64,000 bases of DNA from Eledone cirrhosa (lineage: Eukaryota): the NCBI GenBank assembly GCA_964016885.1, contig OZ024760.1:248001-312000 (forward strand), given 5' to 3'. Below, one piece after another: positions 12,872 through 26,167 of this stretch; position 1 is the stretch's first letter; each line of letters begins with the position of its first letter. Made by a program: the position numbers and the translations under genes. Under the pieces are notes generated by a model. The model was not told where the DNA came from. It saw nothing but the letters and a program-made list of their open reading frames with translations, and did not search any database.

Positions 12872-14692
12872 ATGGCGGAAAAGATGGCAGACATGTCTGC
12901 CATTAGCTCTGCCACGCCCCCCAAGTCTGAAGAACAAAAAATAATTACAACAAAATTAGACAATGAAACAAACAAAGAAAATGAAAAAACAAATGTTAAG
13001 GAAAATGAGCAAACGGAAAACAAACAAACAGAAAATAATACAAATAACAACAGGGCAACTTTCGCCCAGAAAACAAAACAATCCATTACATACACACCAA
13101 TTGACCTAACTGCCGCCAGAGAAAAACTGGCCGAAGCAAAGAAACACATTGTTTTGGGGGAATGTTTTCCATTAACTCCCCCCCAGAATTCAAGAAAGCC
13201 AGAGAAGAAAACACAGTTCTCTACAGAACTATACTGAACCAGACAAGAAAGCCAGCACAGCCCAGCCAAATGGAAATAGAGTTAGTCCTAAAAGACTATA
13301 TGAAGAATATTCTCTTCATACGAAAGGACCGACTCTATGGCAGCATTTCGGTCCTAACAAGAGACAGGGAAACGGCGGAGAAGCTTTCCCTAAGCCCACT
13401 CTCATCGACAACATATAGCTTCTATCCCTCCTACATGGGTAGAAGAACACAGAGAGTAAAAGTAAAAACAATGCTGCCCACAATGGACTTCTGGTGGGCT
13501 ATTGCTGGCTTCATTGATATGGGCGAAGACACAATGCTGTCAATGGGGAAGGCAACTGGAGATGCGTTCCTGGGAATGGGCCTCGACATACTAGTCCAAA
13601 TGAGGCCCGAAAGAATAGCACAAATCCCGGATCGCATCTGGCTGGATGACCTTACCCCAATAGACATAATTGTAGAGGGGAGAAGACCAGCATGCTATTT
13701 ATGCATGGAAAGGGGACACGTTAAGGCTAACTGCCCGAAACGTATCCCCCAAAAAGGACTATTGCCCACACCCACCACAAACAGTACACCAACACCACCC
13801 ACCTCCAAAAATACACTAATACCACACACAGCAAACAAAATACAGACACCACCAACCACAAACACAACACAAACATCACCACCACCAGCACCAAACACAA
13901 GCACGACACAAAAATCACCACCACCAACCACAACACAAACACCACCATCACCAACCACAAGCACGACACAAACATTACCACCACCACCACAAAACCCATT
14001 CCAAACAAATAATAAAAAAAAACAGTAACAAATCTACCCCTCCCGCAAAAAAACAACAACCACACAACACGTCCCTCCCACCTAGCGCTGAAGAGTTTCC
14101 CCCAACTTCTGAAGAAGAAGGAGGAGAAGCCTTCAGACAAGTTAAAAGAAAAAAAAGAAAACACACACCCAGCACACCACAAATAACCCACACACAAACA
14201 CCAACTCCAATCAAAAACACCCCACCCTCAACAAACAAAAATAAATCTGTGCCTCCCCTCTCCGAAACATTGACAGCATCACAAAAAAAGACGTTGCAAT
14301 ACACATATATAAATAAAGAAAACAAAAAACTGGTTAAATTAATAAACAATAACCCTATGGTGCAGACCGAAGGGCCAAACTTTATCTCAACAGAGAACTT
14401 CACCCATTTAAAAATGATAAAGGTCCCTCTGGACCTTTATCGTTCCTTAAAAGAACAATTTAGACGGGACGTGAGCCCCCCCTGTTTAAAACCGTTGAAT
14501 CGCGTCCTCTTGAAAGATTTCCCCATAACTGCCCCTCTCCCTGACACAACTCCAAATACCCCAACCCCACCACACACGTGTACCCCCACACCACCACAAA
14601 ATATCCCTCCACCCAACACACCTGATGCCATGGAAATTACGCAACCCGGAGAGGTAAGTGCTTTTCTTTCTTCACTTTCAACACCAAAATAG
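12872..14692 (+). pseudogene. LINE ORF1 (gag-like, zinc knuckle), frameshifted, copy 1
   Basis: CYLCMERGHVKANC knuckle and Pro/Thr-rich tail. A 7-bp deletion near 13160 relative to copy 2 and a homopolymer shift near 14015 break the frame. Confidence 0.85.
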
Positions 14693-14697
14693 ATCAA

Positions 14698-17600
14698 TTG
14701 AGAGTTGGCTGTTTGAACGCGCGTGGCCTGGGCTCAGCTTGGAAGCAAGCAAAGCTTCTAAGTGACCTCAGGTCACAAAGTATAGATGTGATGGTTGTTT
14801 GCGAGAGTCGGATCAGCAGCGTGAGACAGCTGGCGCCCGCCTTCGATGGCTTTGAGATGCACGCATCTCTCTGTCAACCCGGAGGCGGGGGGGGGGGGAG
14901 TTGCCGTACTGCTGGATAAACGTCTGACTCTCGACGTACAGATTGTTCACTCGGACCCGGGGGGTCGATTACTGGTGCTGGACGTCGGAGGCGGTGAAGG
15001 CGGGGCTTTCAGACTGGTCGGTCTTTATGCTCCCTTCGGGGCGGAAAGAGCCGACTTCTTCCAGCGTCTGGAGACTTTTCTAGGAACGTCGCGTTCCCTG
15101 CTTTTAGTGGGGGACTGGAATGGAATCCTAGATGCGCGTTGGGACTATGCAGGGGCATGTCCCGATAGAGGGGGGTGTACCAGCCTCAAGGGGTTACTCG
15201 ATCGATTCGACCTGGTCGATAGATTTCGACTAGATTGTCCAACTGCGCCAACCTGGACCTGGGCAAACCGCAGTGGACAATCTAGATCGTACCTAGATAG
15301 GTTTTTGGTTAGGAGTAAGGATAGGGACGTATTTAGTTGTCCAGAACTGATCATGGTTGGCTATTCAGATCACAAATTAGTGACCTGCGTGGTCAACCTT
15401 GATAGAACGCATAGACAGGGTCCCGGTTACTGGAAGATGAACTTGTCCTTACCGACAAAGAAAGATTACAGAAACCGGATTAGTAGCTTAGTTAAGATGC
15501 GGTTGACGGGAGCGATCGTCAACAGTAGGTGGTGGATATCTCTAAAGAGAGAGATTAGAGTAAGTTCGATAGGTTACAGTAAGGAACTAGCGGCGAATAG
15601 AAATAGGAGGGAAAGGGAGTTAACAGATAAACTAGAAGAGGCGATTAGGAGCGGAGACGTAGCCAGAGTGTTAGCGACGAGAACGGCATTGAGCCAGTTC
15701 TTTGACGCGAAGCACGAAGGCTGCGTTGTCCGAAGTAAAATACGTGCTTTAGGAAACGAGGGGACCAAAGCTGTTAGCTGGGCCCGCGTGACAGAAGCCA
15801 AGAGTGGGATTAAATCCACCATTCGGTCTTTGCGAGACCAGGATGGACGGGTGATCCTTGAACCTGAGCGAATGTGCGAGACCTTTCAAAGGCACTTTGC
15901 TCGACTGTTCGGAGGTGGCGGGGGGCCGGACGGGGATGTGGACTTCGGTCCATACCTCGACGGTCTACCGCGTCTTTCGAGCGGCGAAGCGGAGTGCTGC
16001 GAAAGGCCAATCACAGCCACTGAAATCGGGGAAGCGCTCAGCCAATGCAGCAGACGCAAATCCCCGGGTCTCGATGGTCTACCATACGAACTTTATTTAG
16101 CTATGCCGGTCTTGTTCTCCGAACTCCTCGAGGCTGTCTATTGCAACTGGCAACAGAACGGGAGAATTCCCTGTTCTGTGACCAAGGGCGTGGTCACGCT
16201 AGTGAGGAAGGACGAGAGCAAGGGGGACGACTTAAGTAACTTTAGGCCCATAACTCTGCTGAATGCAGAGTTACAGATTTTGGCCAAGGTGTTGGCGAAG
16301 AGGTTGGCGCTTGTGGTGGGCGGTTTGGTGGGAGACGCGCAGACATGCGCTATCCCGTCCAGGTCCATTCACGACAACCTCCACCTCATGCGATACATCA
16401 TAGAGAGGGTTGGCTACGAACCCGGCTTTGGTGGGGCCCTGATCAACTTGGATCAATCTAAGGCGTTCGATAGGGTCGACCATGGTTACCTGGATGCGGT
16501 GCTAGCGGCGGCGGGCTTCGGACCCGTTTTCAGGGGCTGGATTTCTGCCATGCACAGTGGCAACATCTACTCTAGGATTAAAGTAAACGGCTACCTCTCG
16601 GAGCCGTTTCAAATCACCCGATCCATCAGACAGGGGTGCCCCCTCTCCTCCCTTCTGTACGTATTGACTCTCGAGCCACTGCTGCGGAAGTTGGAGTTGC
16701 TGCGGGGCATACCCCTGGAACCGGGATTGCACAAAGCGGTCTCGGCCTATGCCGACGACGTAACAGTAATGGTGGCGGACGCCTCGGAAATCGGGGCGAT
16801 CGCCACCCTACTGGAGGAATACGAAAGGCTGACGGGGGCTAAGCTGAACCAGGACAAGTCAGTCGGTTTGCAACTCGGAACGTGGAGGGGCAAACCGATG
16901 CCGTTAGACGGTGTCGTCGGGCGGTGGACGGAGGGCCCGGTGAAGCTGCTCGGGGTCTGGTTCGGACCGGACCTCCAGGTGGAGAAGAATTGGGGCGAGG
17001 TGACGAGCAGGGTGTTTGCGCTGACCCAGAAGTGGGCCAAGTGCAAACTATCACTGAAAGGTCGGGCGGAGGTGACGAACGCTTACATAGCGTCCGTCAT
17101 CTACTACCGCCTGACCGTCGTGCCTTGCCCCAAGGAAAAGCTCACCATCATGGAACGCATGCTCTTCCAGTTCCTCTGGAAGAAGCGGCCTCCCATGGTG
17201 AGGAGATCCATCTGCTGCCAGCACCCTTCGAAAGGAGGGCTGGGTATGCCGTGGCTGTTGATGCGTAGTCACGCATTGAGGCTACGGCATCTACAGGTAT
17301 TCCTCAACGGTCAGCCGGTGTGGGCCCCGTTTGTGAGGCGAGCCTTCCCACAGCTCGTCTCGCTCACCGAACTGCAATCCTGGGTGAAGCAAAGACCGAG
17401 AAAACTGGGCAACTGGCACACTGAGTGTGCCCAGGCGCTCACGGCTATCTGGCAAGCGGACCCGACTGTCAGTGGAGAATCCACCTCGACATTCTATAGA
17501 GGGTTGGTGGCTAGCAGGGGCGACGACACCCTTGGAGAGTCGCTAGGCATGGAGGAGGACGAACTGGCCAGCCTGTTCGGTAGAACTTTCGGCCCGGGAC

Positions 17601-18130
17601 CCATGGACAACTTCCAGAGGTCCCTAGCCTGGCAGTGTTACCGGGGGGCTCTGCCCGTTCGAGAAAAGCTCTACAGACACGGGCGCCCGGGCAGGGATCC
17701 CGCGAAAAAGATCTGTCCCAGATGCGTGCGCGACGAGGAAACCGTTGCGCATGCACTGGTACACTGCCCGGGCGTTGCCGATCTGTGGGGCTACGTCGAA
17801 CGACTGCTGTCGCGTGTGGCGCCGATTCGATTAACCGCCGAGTCTGTGGTGAACATCAAGCCGCCTCCTCCCTTCAGAAATTAAACAGAGGCGGTATTTC
17901 TGTGCGTAATAGCCATGATGAAAGAGGTTGTGTGGTGGACGCGCCTGAAAGGTCTGAGGTCGGGTGACTTTCTCTCCGGCCATCACCTGGTTTACTTCTT
18001 CCGATACCACTTCGGAAGAAGAATCAGGATGGAGAGAGAAGTGCTTGGTCCCAGACAGTTTTATGAAAGGTGGGTGAAAGAAGCGAGAATGGCCCGTGTA
18101 AATGGGCCTTCTCTCTACATTGTTCTGTAG
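14698..18130 (+). pseudogene. LINE ORF2 (AP endonuclease, reverse transcriptase, C-terminal CCHC), copy 1
   Basis: CLNARGL, GDWN, SYLDRF, SDH (APE); KSPGLDG, FRPITLLN, DQSKAFD, IRQGCPLS, AYADD (RT); CPRC...HALVHC. Frameshift at the poly-G near 14890 and a premature TAA at 17882-17884. Confidence 0.93.
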
Positions 18131-18573
18131 GTGAAGAAATGAAGAGGAAAGGGGGAGTGCCTCCTCTCTGGGCTTCCCCCGCGAAAAGAGTTGCACACTT
18201 TTCGGGGGTATGTGCAATCCCCAACACGCCCCCTCCCTTTTGAGGACTTTTTATTGTTATATTATTATTGTTATTCCTTTTTTCTTTACTCGATTTATGT
18301 AAACTCCCCCACTGTGTAAATGTCCCCTTCTTTTGTGCCCTCGTGGCAAATAAATAGAAATTTATCTATCTTGATAGAGTAAGACACGCTTCACATCGGC
18401 TCCGCTATTCCATCGGGATTTACCCTTACTATTGTAAGTACCGGATAAATTTTTCAGTGCAAAACATTTGGAACACTAACCCCTGTTATTTAGGGAAACA
18501 TTTTTGCATTTACCCCCTTTTTAGGGGGTAAAATAAATATCTATTTTTGCCGAAAAATTTCTTTCTTGGCAGC

Positions 18574-20398
18574 ATGGCGGAAAAGATGGCAGACATGTCT
18601 GCCATTAGCTCTGCCACGCCCCCCAAGTCTGAAGAACAAAAAATAATTACAACAAAATTAGACAATGAAACAAACAAAGAAAATGAAAAAACAAATGTTA
18701 AGGAAAATGAGCAAACGGAAAACAAACAAACAGAAAATAATACAAATAACAACAGGGCAACTTTCGCCCAGAAAACAAAACAATCCATTACATACACACC
18801 AATTGACCTAACTGCCGCCAGAGAAAAACTGGCCAAAGCAAAGAAACACATTGTTTTGGGGGAGAACGGAATGTTTTCCATTAACTACCCCCCAGAATTC
18901 AAGAAAGAAAGAACAGAGAACACAGTTCTCTTCAGAACTATACTGAACCAGACAAGAAAGCCAGCACAGCCCAGCCAAATGGAAATAGAGTTAGTCCTAA
19001 AAGACTATATGAAGAATATTCTCTTCATACGAAAGGACCGACTCTATGGCAGCATTTCGGTCTTAACAAAAGACAAGGAAACGGCGGAGAAGCTTTCCCT
19101 AAGCCCACTCTCATCGACAACATACAGCTTCTATCCCTCCTACATGGGTAGAAGAACACAGAGAGTAAAAGTAAAAACAATGCTGCCCACAATGGACTTC
19201 TGGTGGGCTATTGCTGGCTTCATAGACATGGGCGAAGACACAATGCTGTCAATGGGGAAGGCAACTGGAGATGCGTTCCTGGGAATGGGCCTCGACATAC
19301 TAGTCCAAATGAGGCCCGAAAGAATAGCACAAATCCCGGATCGCATCTGGCTGGATGACCTTACCCCAATAGACATAATTGTAGAGGGGAGAAGACCAGC
19401 ATGCTATTTATGCATGGAAAGGGGACACGTTAAGGCTAACTGCCCGAAACGTATCCCCAAAAAGGACTATTGCCCACACCCACCACAAACAGTACACCAA
19501 CACCACCCACCTCCAAAAATACACTAATTCCACACACAGCAAACAAAATACAGACACCACCAACCACAAACACAACACAAACATCACCACCACCAGCACC
19601 AAACACAAGCACGACACAAAAATCACCACCACCAACCACAACACAAACATCACCAACCACAAGCACGACACAAACATTACCACCACCACCACCACCACAA
19701 AACCCATTCCAAACAAATAATAAAAAAAAACAGTAACAAATCTACCCCTCCCGCAAAAAAAACAACCTCACAACACGTCCCTCCCACCTAGCGCTGAAGA
19801 GTTTCCCCCAACTTCTGAAGAAGAAGGAGGAGAAGCCTTCAGACAAGTTAAAAGAAAAAAAAGAAAACACACACCCAGCACACCACAAATAACCCACACA
19901 CAAACACCAACTCCAATCAAAAACACCCCACCCTCAACAAACAAAAATAAATCTGCGCCTCCCCTCTCCGAAACATTGACAGCATCACAAAAAAAGACGT
20001 TGCAATACACATATATAAATAAAGAAAACAAAAGACTGGTTAAATTAATAAACAATAACCCTATGGTGCAGACCGAAGGGCCAAACTTTATCTCAACAGA
20101 GAACTTCACCCATTTAAAAATGATAAAGGTCCCTCTGGACCTTTATCGTTCCTTAAAAGAACAATTTAGACGGGACGTGAGCCCCCCCTGTTTAAAACCG
20201 TTGAATCGCGTCCTCTTGAAAGATTTCCCCATAACCGCCCCTCTCCCTGACACAACTCCAAATACCCCAACCCCACCACACACGTGTACCCCCACACCAC
20301 CACAAAACATCCCTCCACCCAACACACCTGATGCCATGGAAATTACGCAACCCGGAGAGGTAAGTGCTTTTCTTTCTTCACTTTCAACACCAAAATAG
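18574..20398 (+). pseudogene. LINE ORF1, copy 2, with frameshifts at homopolymers
   Basis: Continuous from ATG 18574 through the CCHC knuckle, then shifts in C/A runs near 19455 and 19725. Confidence 0.85.
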
Positions 20399-20403
20399 AT
20401 CAA

Positions 20404-23400
20404 TTGAGAGTTGGCTGTTTGAACGCGCGTGGCCTGGGCTCAGCTTGGAAGCAAGCAAAGCTTCTAAATGACCTCAGGTCACAAAGTATAGATGTGATGG
20501 TTGTTTGCGAGAGTCGGATCAGCAGCGTGAGACAGCTGGCGCCCGCCTTCGATGACTTTAAGATGCACGCATCTCTCAGTCAACCCGGAGGCGGAGGGGG
20601 GGGGGGGTGTTGCCGTACTGCTGGATAAACGTCTGGCTCTCAACGTACAGATTGTTCACTCGGACCCGGGGCGTCGATTACTGGTGCTGGACGTCGGAGG
20701 CGGTGAAGGCGGGGCTTTCAGACTGGTCGGTCTTTATGCCCCCTTCGGGGCGGAAAGAGCCGACTTCTTCCAGCGTCTGGAGACTTTTCTAGGAACGTCG
20801 CGTTCCCTGCTTTTAGTGGGGGACTGGAATGGAATCCTAGATGCGCGTTGGGACTATGCAGGGGCATGTCCCGATAGAGGGGGGTGTACCAGCCTCAAGG
20901 GGTTACTCGATCGATTCGACCTGGTCGATAGATTTCGACTAGATTGTCCAACTGCGCCAACCTGGACCTGGGCAAACCGCAGTGGACAATCTAGATCGTA
21001 CCTAGATAGGTTTTTGGTTAGGAGTAAGGATAGGGACGTATTTAGTTGTCCAGAATTGATCATGGTTGGCTATTCAGATCACAAATTAGTGACCTGCGTG
21101 GTCAACCTTGATAGAACGCATAGACAGGGTCCCGGTTACTGGAAGATGAACTTGTCCTTACCGGCAAAGAAAGATTACAGGAACCGGATTAGTAGCTTAG
21201 TTAAGATGCGGTTGACGGGAGCGATCGTCAACAGTAGGTGGTGGGTATCTCTAAAGAGAGAGATTAGAGTAAGTTCGATAGGTTACAGTAAGGAACTAGC
21301 GGCGAATAGAAATAGGAGGGAAAGGGAGTTAACAGATAAACTAGAAGAGGCGATTAGGAGCGGAGACGTAGCCAGAGTGTTAGCGGCGAGAACGGCGTTG
21401 AGCCAGTTCTTTGACGCGAAGCACGAAGGCTGCGTTGTCCGAAGTAAAATACGTGCTTTAGGAAACGAGGGGACCAAAGCTGTTAGCTGGGCCCGCGTGA
21501 CAGAAGCCAAGAGTGGGATTAAATCCACCATTCGGTCTTTGCGAGACCAGGATGGACGGGTGATCCTTGAACCTGAGCGGATGTGCGAGGCCTTTCAAAG
21601 GCACTTTGCTCGACTGTTCGGAGGTGGCGGGGGGCCGGACGGGGATGTGGACTTCGGTCCATACCTCGACGGTCTACCGCGTCTTTCGAGCGGCGAAGCG
21701 GAGTGCTGCGAAAGGCCAATCACAGCCACTGAAATCGGGGAAGCGCTCAGCCAATGCAGCAGACGCAAATCCCCGGGTCTCGATGGTCTACCATACGAAT
21801 TTTATTTAGCTATGCCGGTCTTGTTCTCCGAACTCCTCGAGGCTGTCTATTGCAACTGGCAACAGAACGGGAGAATTCCCTGTTCTGTGACCAAGGGCGT
21901 GGTCACGCTAGTGAGGAAGGACGAGAGCAAGGGGGACGACTTAAGTAACTTTAGGCCCATAACTCTGCTGAATGCAGAGTTACAGATTTTGGCCAAGGTG
22001 TTGGCGAAGAGGTTGGCGCTTGTGGTGAGTGGTTTGGTGGGAGACGCGCAGACATGCGCTATCCCGTCCAGGTCCATTCACGACAACCTCCACCTCATGC
22101 GATACATCATAGAGAGGGTTGGCAACGAACCCGGCTTTGGTGGGGCCCTGATCAACTTGGATCAATCTAAGGCGTTCGATAGGGTCGACCATGGTTACCT
22201 GGATGCGGTGCTAGCGGCGGCGGGCTTCGGACCCGTTTTCAGGGGCTGGATTTCTGCCATGCACAATGGCAACATCTACTCTAGGATTAAAGTAAACGGC
22301 TACCTCTCGGAGCCGTTTCAAATCACCCGATCCATCAGGCAGGGGTGCCCCCTCTCCTCCCTTCTGTACGTATTGACTCTCGAGCCACTGCTGCGGAAGT
22401 TGGAGTTGCTGCGGGGCATACCCCTGGAAGCGGGATTGCACAAAGCGGTCTCGGCCTATGCCGACGACGTAACAGTAATGGTGGCGGACGCCTCGGAAAT
22501 CGGGGCGATCGCCACCCTACTGGAGGAATACGAAAGGCTGACGGGGGCTAGGCTGAACCAGGACAAGTCAGTCGGTTTGCAACTCGGAACGTGGAGGGGC
22601 AAACAGATGCCGTTAGACGGTGTCGTCGGGCGGTGGACGGAGGGCCCGGTGAAGCTGCTCGGGGTCTGGTTCGGACCGGACCTCCAGGTGGAGAAGAATT
22701 GGGGCGAGGTGACGAGCAGGGTGTTTGCGCTGACCCAGAAGTGGGCCAAGTGCAAACTATCACTGAAAGGTCGGGCGGAGGTGACGAACGCTTACATAGC
22801 GTCCGTCATCTACTACCGCCTGACCGTCGTGCCTTGCCCCAAGGAAAAGCTCACCATCATGGAACGCATGCTCTTCCAGTTCCTCTGGAAGAAGCGGCCT
22901 CCCATGGTGAGGAGATCCATCTGCTGCCAGCACCCTTCGAAAGGAGGGCTGGGTATGCCGTGGCTGTTGATGCGTAGTCACGCATTGAGGCTACGGCATC
23001 TACAGGTATTCCTCAACGGTCAGCCGGTGTGGGCCCCGTTTGTGAGGCGAGCCTTCCCACAGCTCGTCTCGCTCACCGAACTGCAATCCTGGGTGAAGCA
23101 AAGACCGAGAAAACTGGGCAACTGGCACACCGAGTGTGCCCAGGCGCTCACGGCTATCTGGCAAGCGGACCCGACTATCAGTGGAGAATCCATCTCGACA
23201 TTCTATAGAGGGTTGGTGGCTAGCAAGGGCGACGACACCCTTGGAGAGTCGCTAGGCATGGAGGAGGACGAACCGGCCAGCCTGTTCGGTAGAACTTTCG
23301 GCCCGGGACCCATGGACAACTTCCAGAGGTCCCTAGCCTGGCAGTGTTACCGGGGGGCTCTGCCCGTTCGAGAAAAGCTCTACAGACACGGGCGCCCGGG

Positions 23401-23839
23401 CAGGGATCCCGCGAAAAAGATCTGTCCCAGATGCGTGCGCGACGAGGAAACCGTTGCGCATGCACTGGTACACTGCCCGGGCGTTGCCGATCTGTGGGGC
23501 TACGTCGAACGACTGCTGTCGCGTGTGGCGCCGATTCGATTAACCGCCGAGTCTGTGGTGAACATCAAGCCGCCTCCTCCCTTCAGAAATGAAGCAGAGG
23601 CGGTCTTTCTGTGCGTAATAGCCATGATGAAAGAGGTTGTGTGGTGGACGCGCCTGAAAGGTCTGAGGTCGGGTGACTTTCTCTCCGGCCATCACCTGGT
23701 TTACTTCTTCCGATACCACTTCGGAAGAAGGATGAGGATGGAGAGAGAAGTGCTTGGTCCCAGACAGTTTTATGAAAGGTGGGTGAAAGAAGCGAGAATG
23801 GCCCGTGTAAATGGGCCTTCTCTCTACATTGTTCTGTAG
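20404..23839 (+). CDS. LINE ORF2 (APE-RT-CCHC), copy 2, open for 1095 codons apart from one poly-G frameshift near 20600
   Basis: All APE and RT motifs are present. No stop from 20552 to 23839. The N-terminal APE motif lies in the 20404 frame. Confidence 0.92.
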
Positions 23840-24077
23840 GTGAAGAAGGGAAGAGGAAAGGGGGAGCGCCTCCTCTCTGGGCTTCCCCCGCGAAAAGAGT
23901 TGCACACTTTTCGGGGGTATGTGCAATCCCCAACACGCCCCCTCCCTTTTGAGGACTTTTTATTGTTATATTATTATTGTTATTCCTTTTTTCTTTACTC
24001 GATTTATGTAAACTCCCCCACTGTGTAAATGTCCCCTTCTTTTGTGCCCTCGTGGCAAATAAATAGAAATCTATCTT

Positions 24078-24147
<70 letters not shown>

Positions 24148-24285
24148 TATCTGATGAACGAGCTAGGCTGAAATTTAGAAGTCAATATTACTTTTCTACT
24201 TAGAAAATACATTTTTACACCGTACCTTAGTATTAGTATTGACTGGTCGTTCGTTTAATGTTGAAAGTTTTGAATACTACAGTAT

Positions 24286-24319
<34 letters not shown>

Positions 24320-24426
24320 TTTATACAATTCAAGTATAACAGATATCTTTTATACTTGAATCATTACAGCTCTGGACAAAAACTATTGAGAAGCACAAAA
24401 ATCAGACATATTTGTTGTCTTAATTC

Positions 24427-24495
<69 letters not shown>

Positions 24496-24748
24496 ACACA
24501 CATATATATATATTGAACAATGCAGTTGATTAGCCCATTGTTTCACGATAAATTTAGAGGGCAAAAATTCCAAAATTTATCGATGTATTGACTAATCGAT
24601 AGCAGTTATGCAACTCCATGCTATTAGCCTTGACATATGTGTATAAAAACAACAACAACATAGCAAACATTTACAGGGGATAATTTATAAAGAGTGTAAT
24701 ACAGTGGGAGCATATTGAAATTTAACGAACTCTTCAAATATAGATACT

Positions 24749-24810
<62 letters not shown>

Positions 24811-25061
24811 CTATATATATATATATATATATATATCTCTCTATATATATAACTAAGTATAAGTTGTACGCTTACATTACGTATAGCCCAGCCGCAATCC
24901 TCTCGCTCAATGAATTTACAGAAACCACATGTAAATACGAATCTAAAAGTTAGAGTGGTCACTAAACGTTAAACAGTGAATAAACTGCTCCGAACTGTAA
25001 CAGCTTTATTACCACGTTCTATATGAGATGAGGAACTTGTAACTGCACATAGAAGTCATGG

Positions 25062-25190
25062 GAAAAGTTAGTCTCCGAAGGCATGAGCTCAGCCGCCGGG
25101 CACTAACTTTTCACTATACACACACTTTATTTTCCCAAGTATCGAGTACTTAGCTGAACATGGTCTTACCAGTGCAAACTGGTAACTCCT
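25062..25190 (+). mobile_element. Short fold-back remnant related to 40365-40550 and 54140-54326
   Basis: GAAAAGTTAGT...TGAGCTCA...ACTAACTTTTC palindrome followed by the shared AAGTATCGAGTACT tail motif. Confidence 0.5.
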
Positions 25191-25469
25191 AATCTGTCTG
25201 TCTGGCTCCCCCTTTCTCTCTATCCCCTCTCTCTCTACCCCCCTCTCTCTCTGTATATATATGTAAAGATATTTATATATATATATATACATACATACAT
25301 TCATGCATACACACATACATCTCTCTCTCTCTCTATATATATAATATATATATATTGTATATGTGTAAGCACACACACATATATATATATGTACACACAC
25401 CTCTCTATATATATATATATATGTATATATTGTGTATGTATATATGTTGTGTATGTGTACACAAATACA

Positions 25470-26040
25470 CACGCTCTCTCACACACACACACTCTCTCTC
25501 TCACACACACACATACACTCACTCACACACACTCACTCACACACACACTCGCTCTCACACACACAGACACACACTCTCTCACACACACAGACACACACAC
25601 AGACACACACTCTCTCACACACAGACACACAAACAGTCTCTCACACAGACACACACACACAGTCTCTCACACAGACACACACAGTCTCACAGACACACAC
25701 ACACAGTCCCTCATACAGACACACACAGTCTCTCACACAGACACAGACACACACACACAGTCTCTCAGACACACACACACATTCTCTCAGACAGACACAC
25801 ACACACAGTCTCTCACACAGACACAGACACACACACACATTCTCTCACACAGACACACAAACAGTCCCTCACACAGACACACACACACAGTCTCTCACAC
25901 AGACACAGACACACACACACAGTCTCTCACACAGACACACACACACAGTCTCTCACACAGACACACACACACACAGTCTCTCAGACACACACACACAGTC
26001 TCTCACACAGACACACACACACAGTCCCTCAGACACACAC
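25470..26040. repeat. (CA)-rich minisatellite (CACACAGTCTCTCACACAGACA)
   Basis: Read directly. Confidence 0.9.
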
Positions 26041-26167
26041 AATCAGCCGAGTCCAGCCGAGACGTTCATAGCTGGAATGACGTATGATAAGAGCCAAGTG
26101 TTGGTAAACCTTTATCTCCTTCAGATCTGAAGAACGACATTAAATCTGTCAACTGTTGGAATTCCTT

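Larger units (their letters stand above)
12669..18370 (+). mobile_element. Tx1/L1-clade non-LTR retrotransposon, full-length copy 1
   Basis: 5'UTR, ORF1 with CCHC knuckle, ORF2 with APE-RT-CCHC, and a 3'UTR ending GGCAAATAAATAGAAA. Preceded by (CTAT)n at 12648-12668. Confidence 0.95.
18371..24075 (+). mobile_element. Tx1/L1-clade non-LTR retrotransposon, full-length copy 2, tandem with copy 1
   Basis: Near-identical to copy 1 at an offset of about 5.7 kb. Junction AAATTTATCTATC|TTGATAGAG; ends AAATCTATC. Confidence 0.95.

Noticed and set aside
14654-14692. 39-nt mini-intron fusing ORF1 to ORF2
   Set aside because: Removal keeps the ORF1 frame and meets TGA three codons later, so it cannot create the fusion.
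15145-23926. Antisense and alternate-frame ORFs within the LINEs
   Set aside because: Shadow ORFs of the GC-rich ORF2, repeated only because the element is duplicated.
24148-24185. CTGATGAACGAGCTAGGCTGAAA hammerhead-like string
   Set aside because: Stem II is misregistered and stems I and III are absent.
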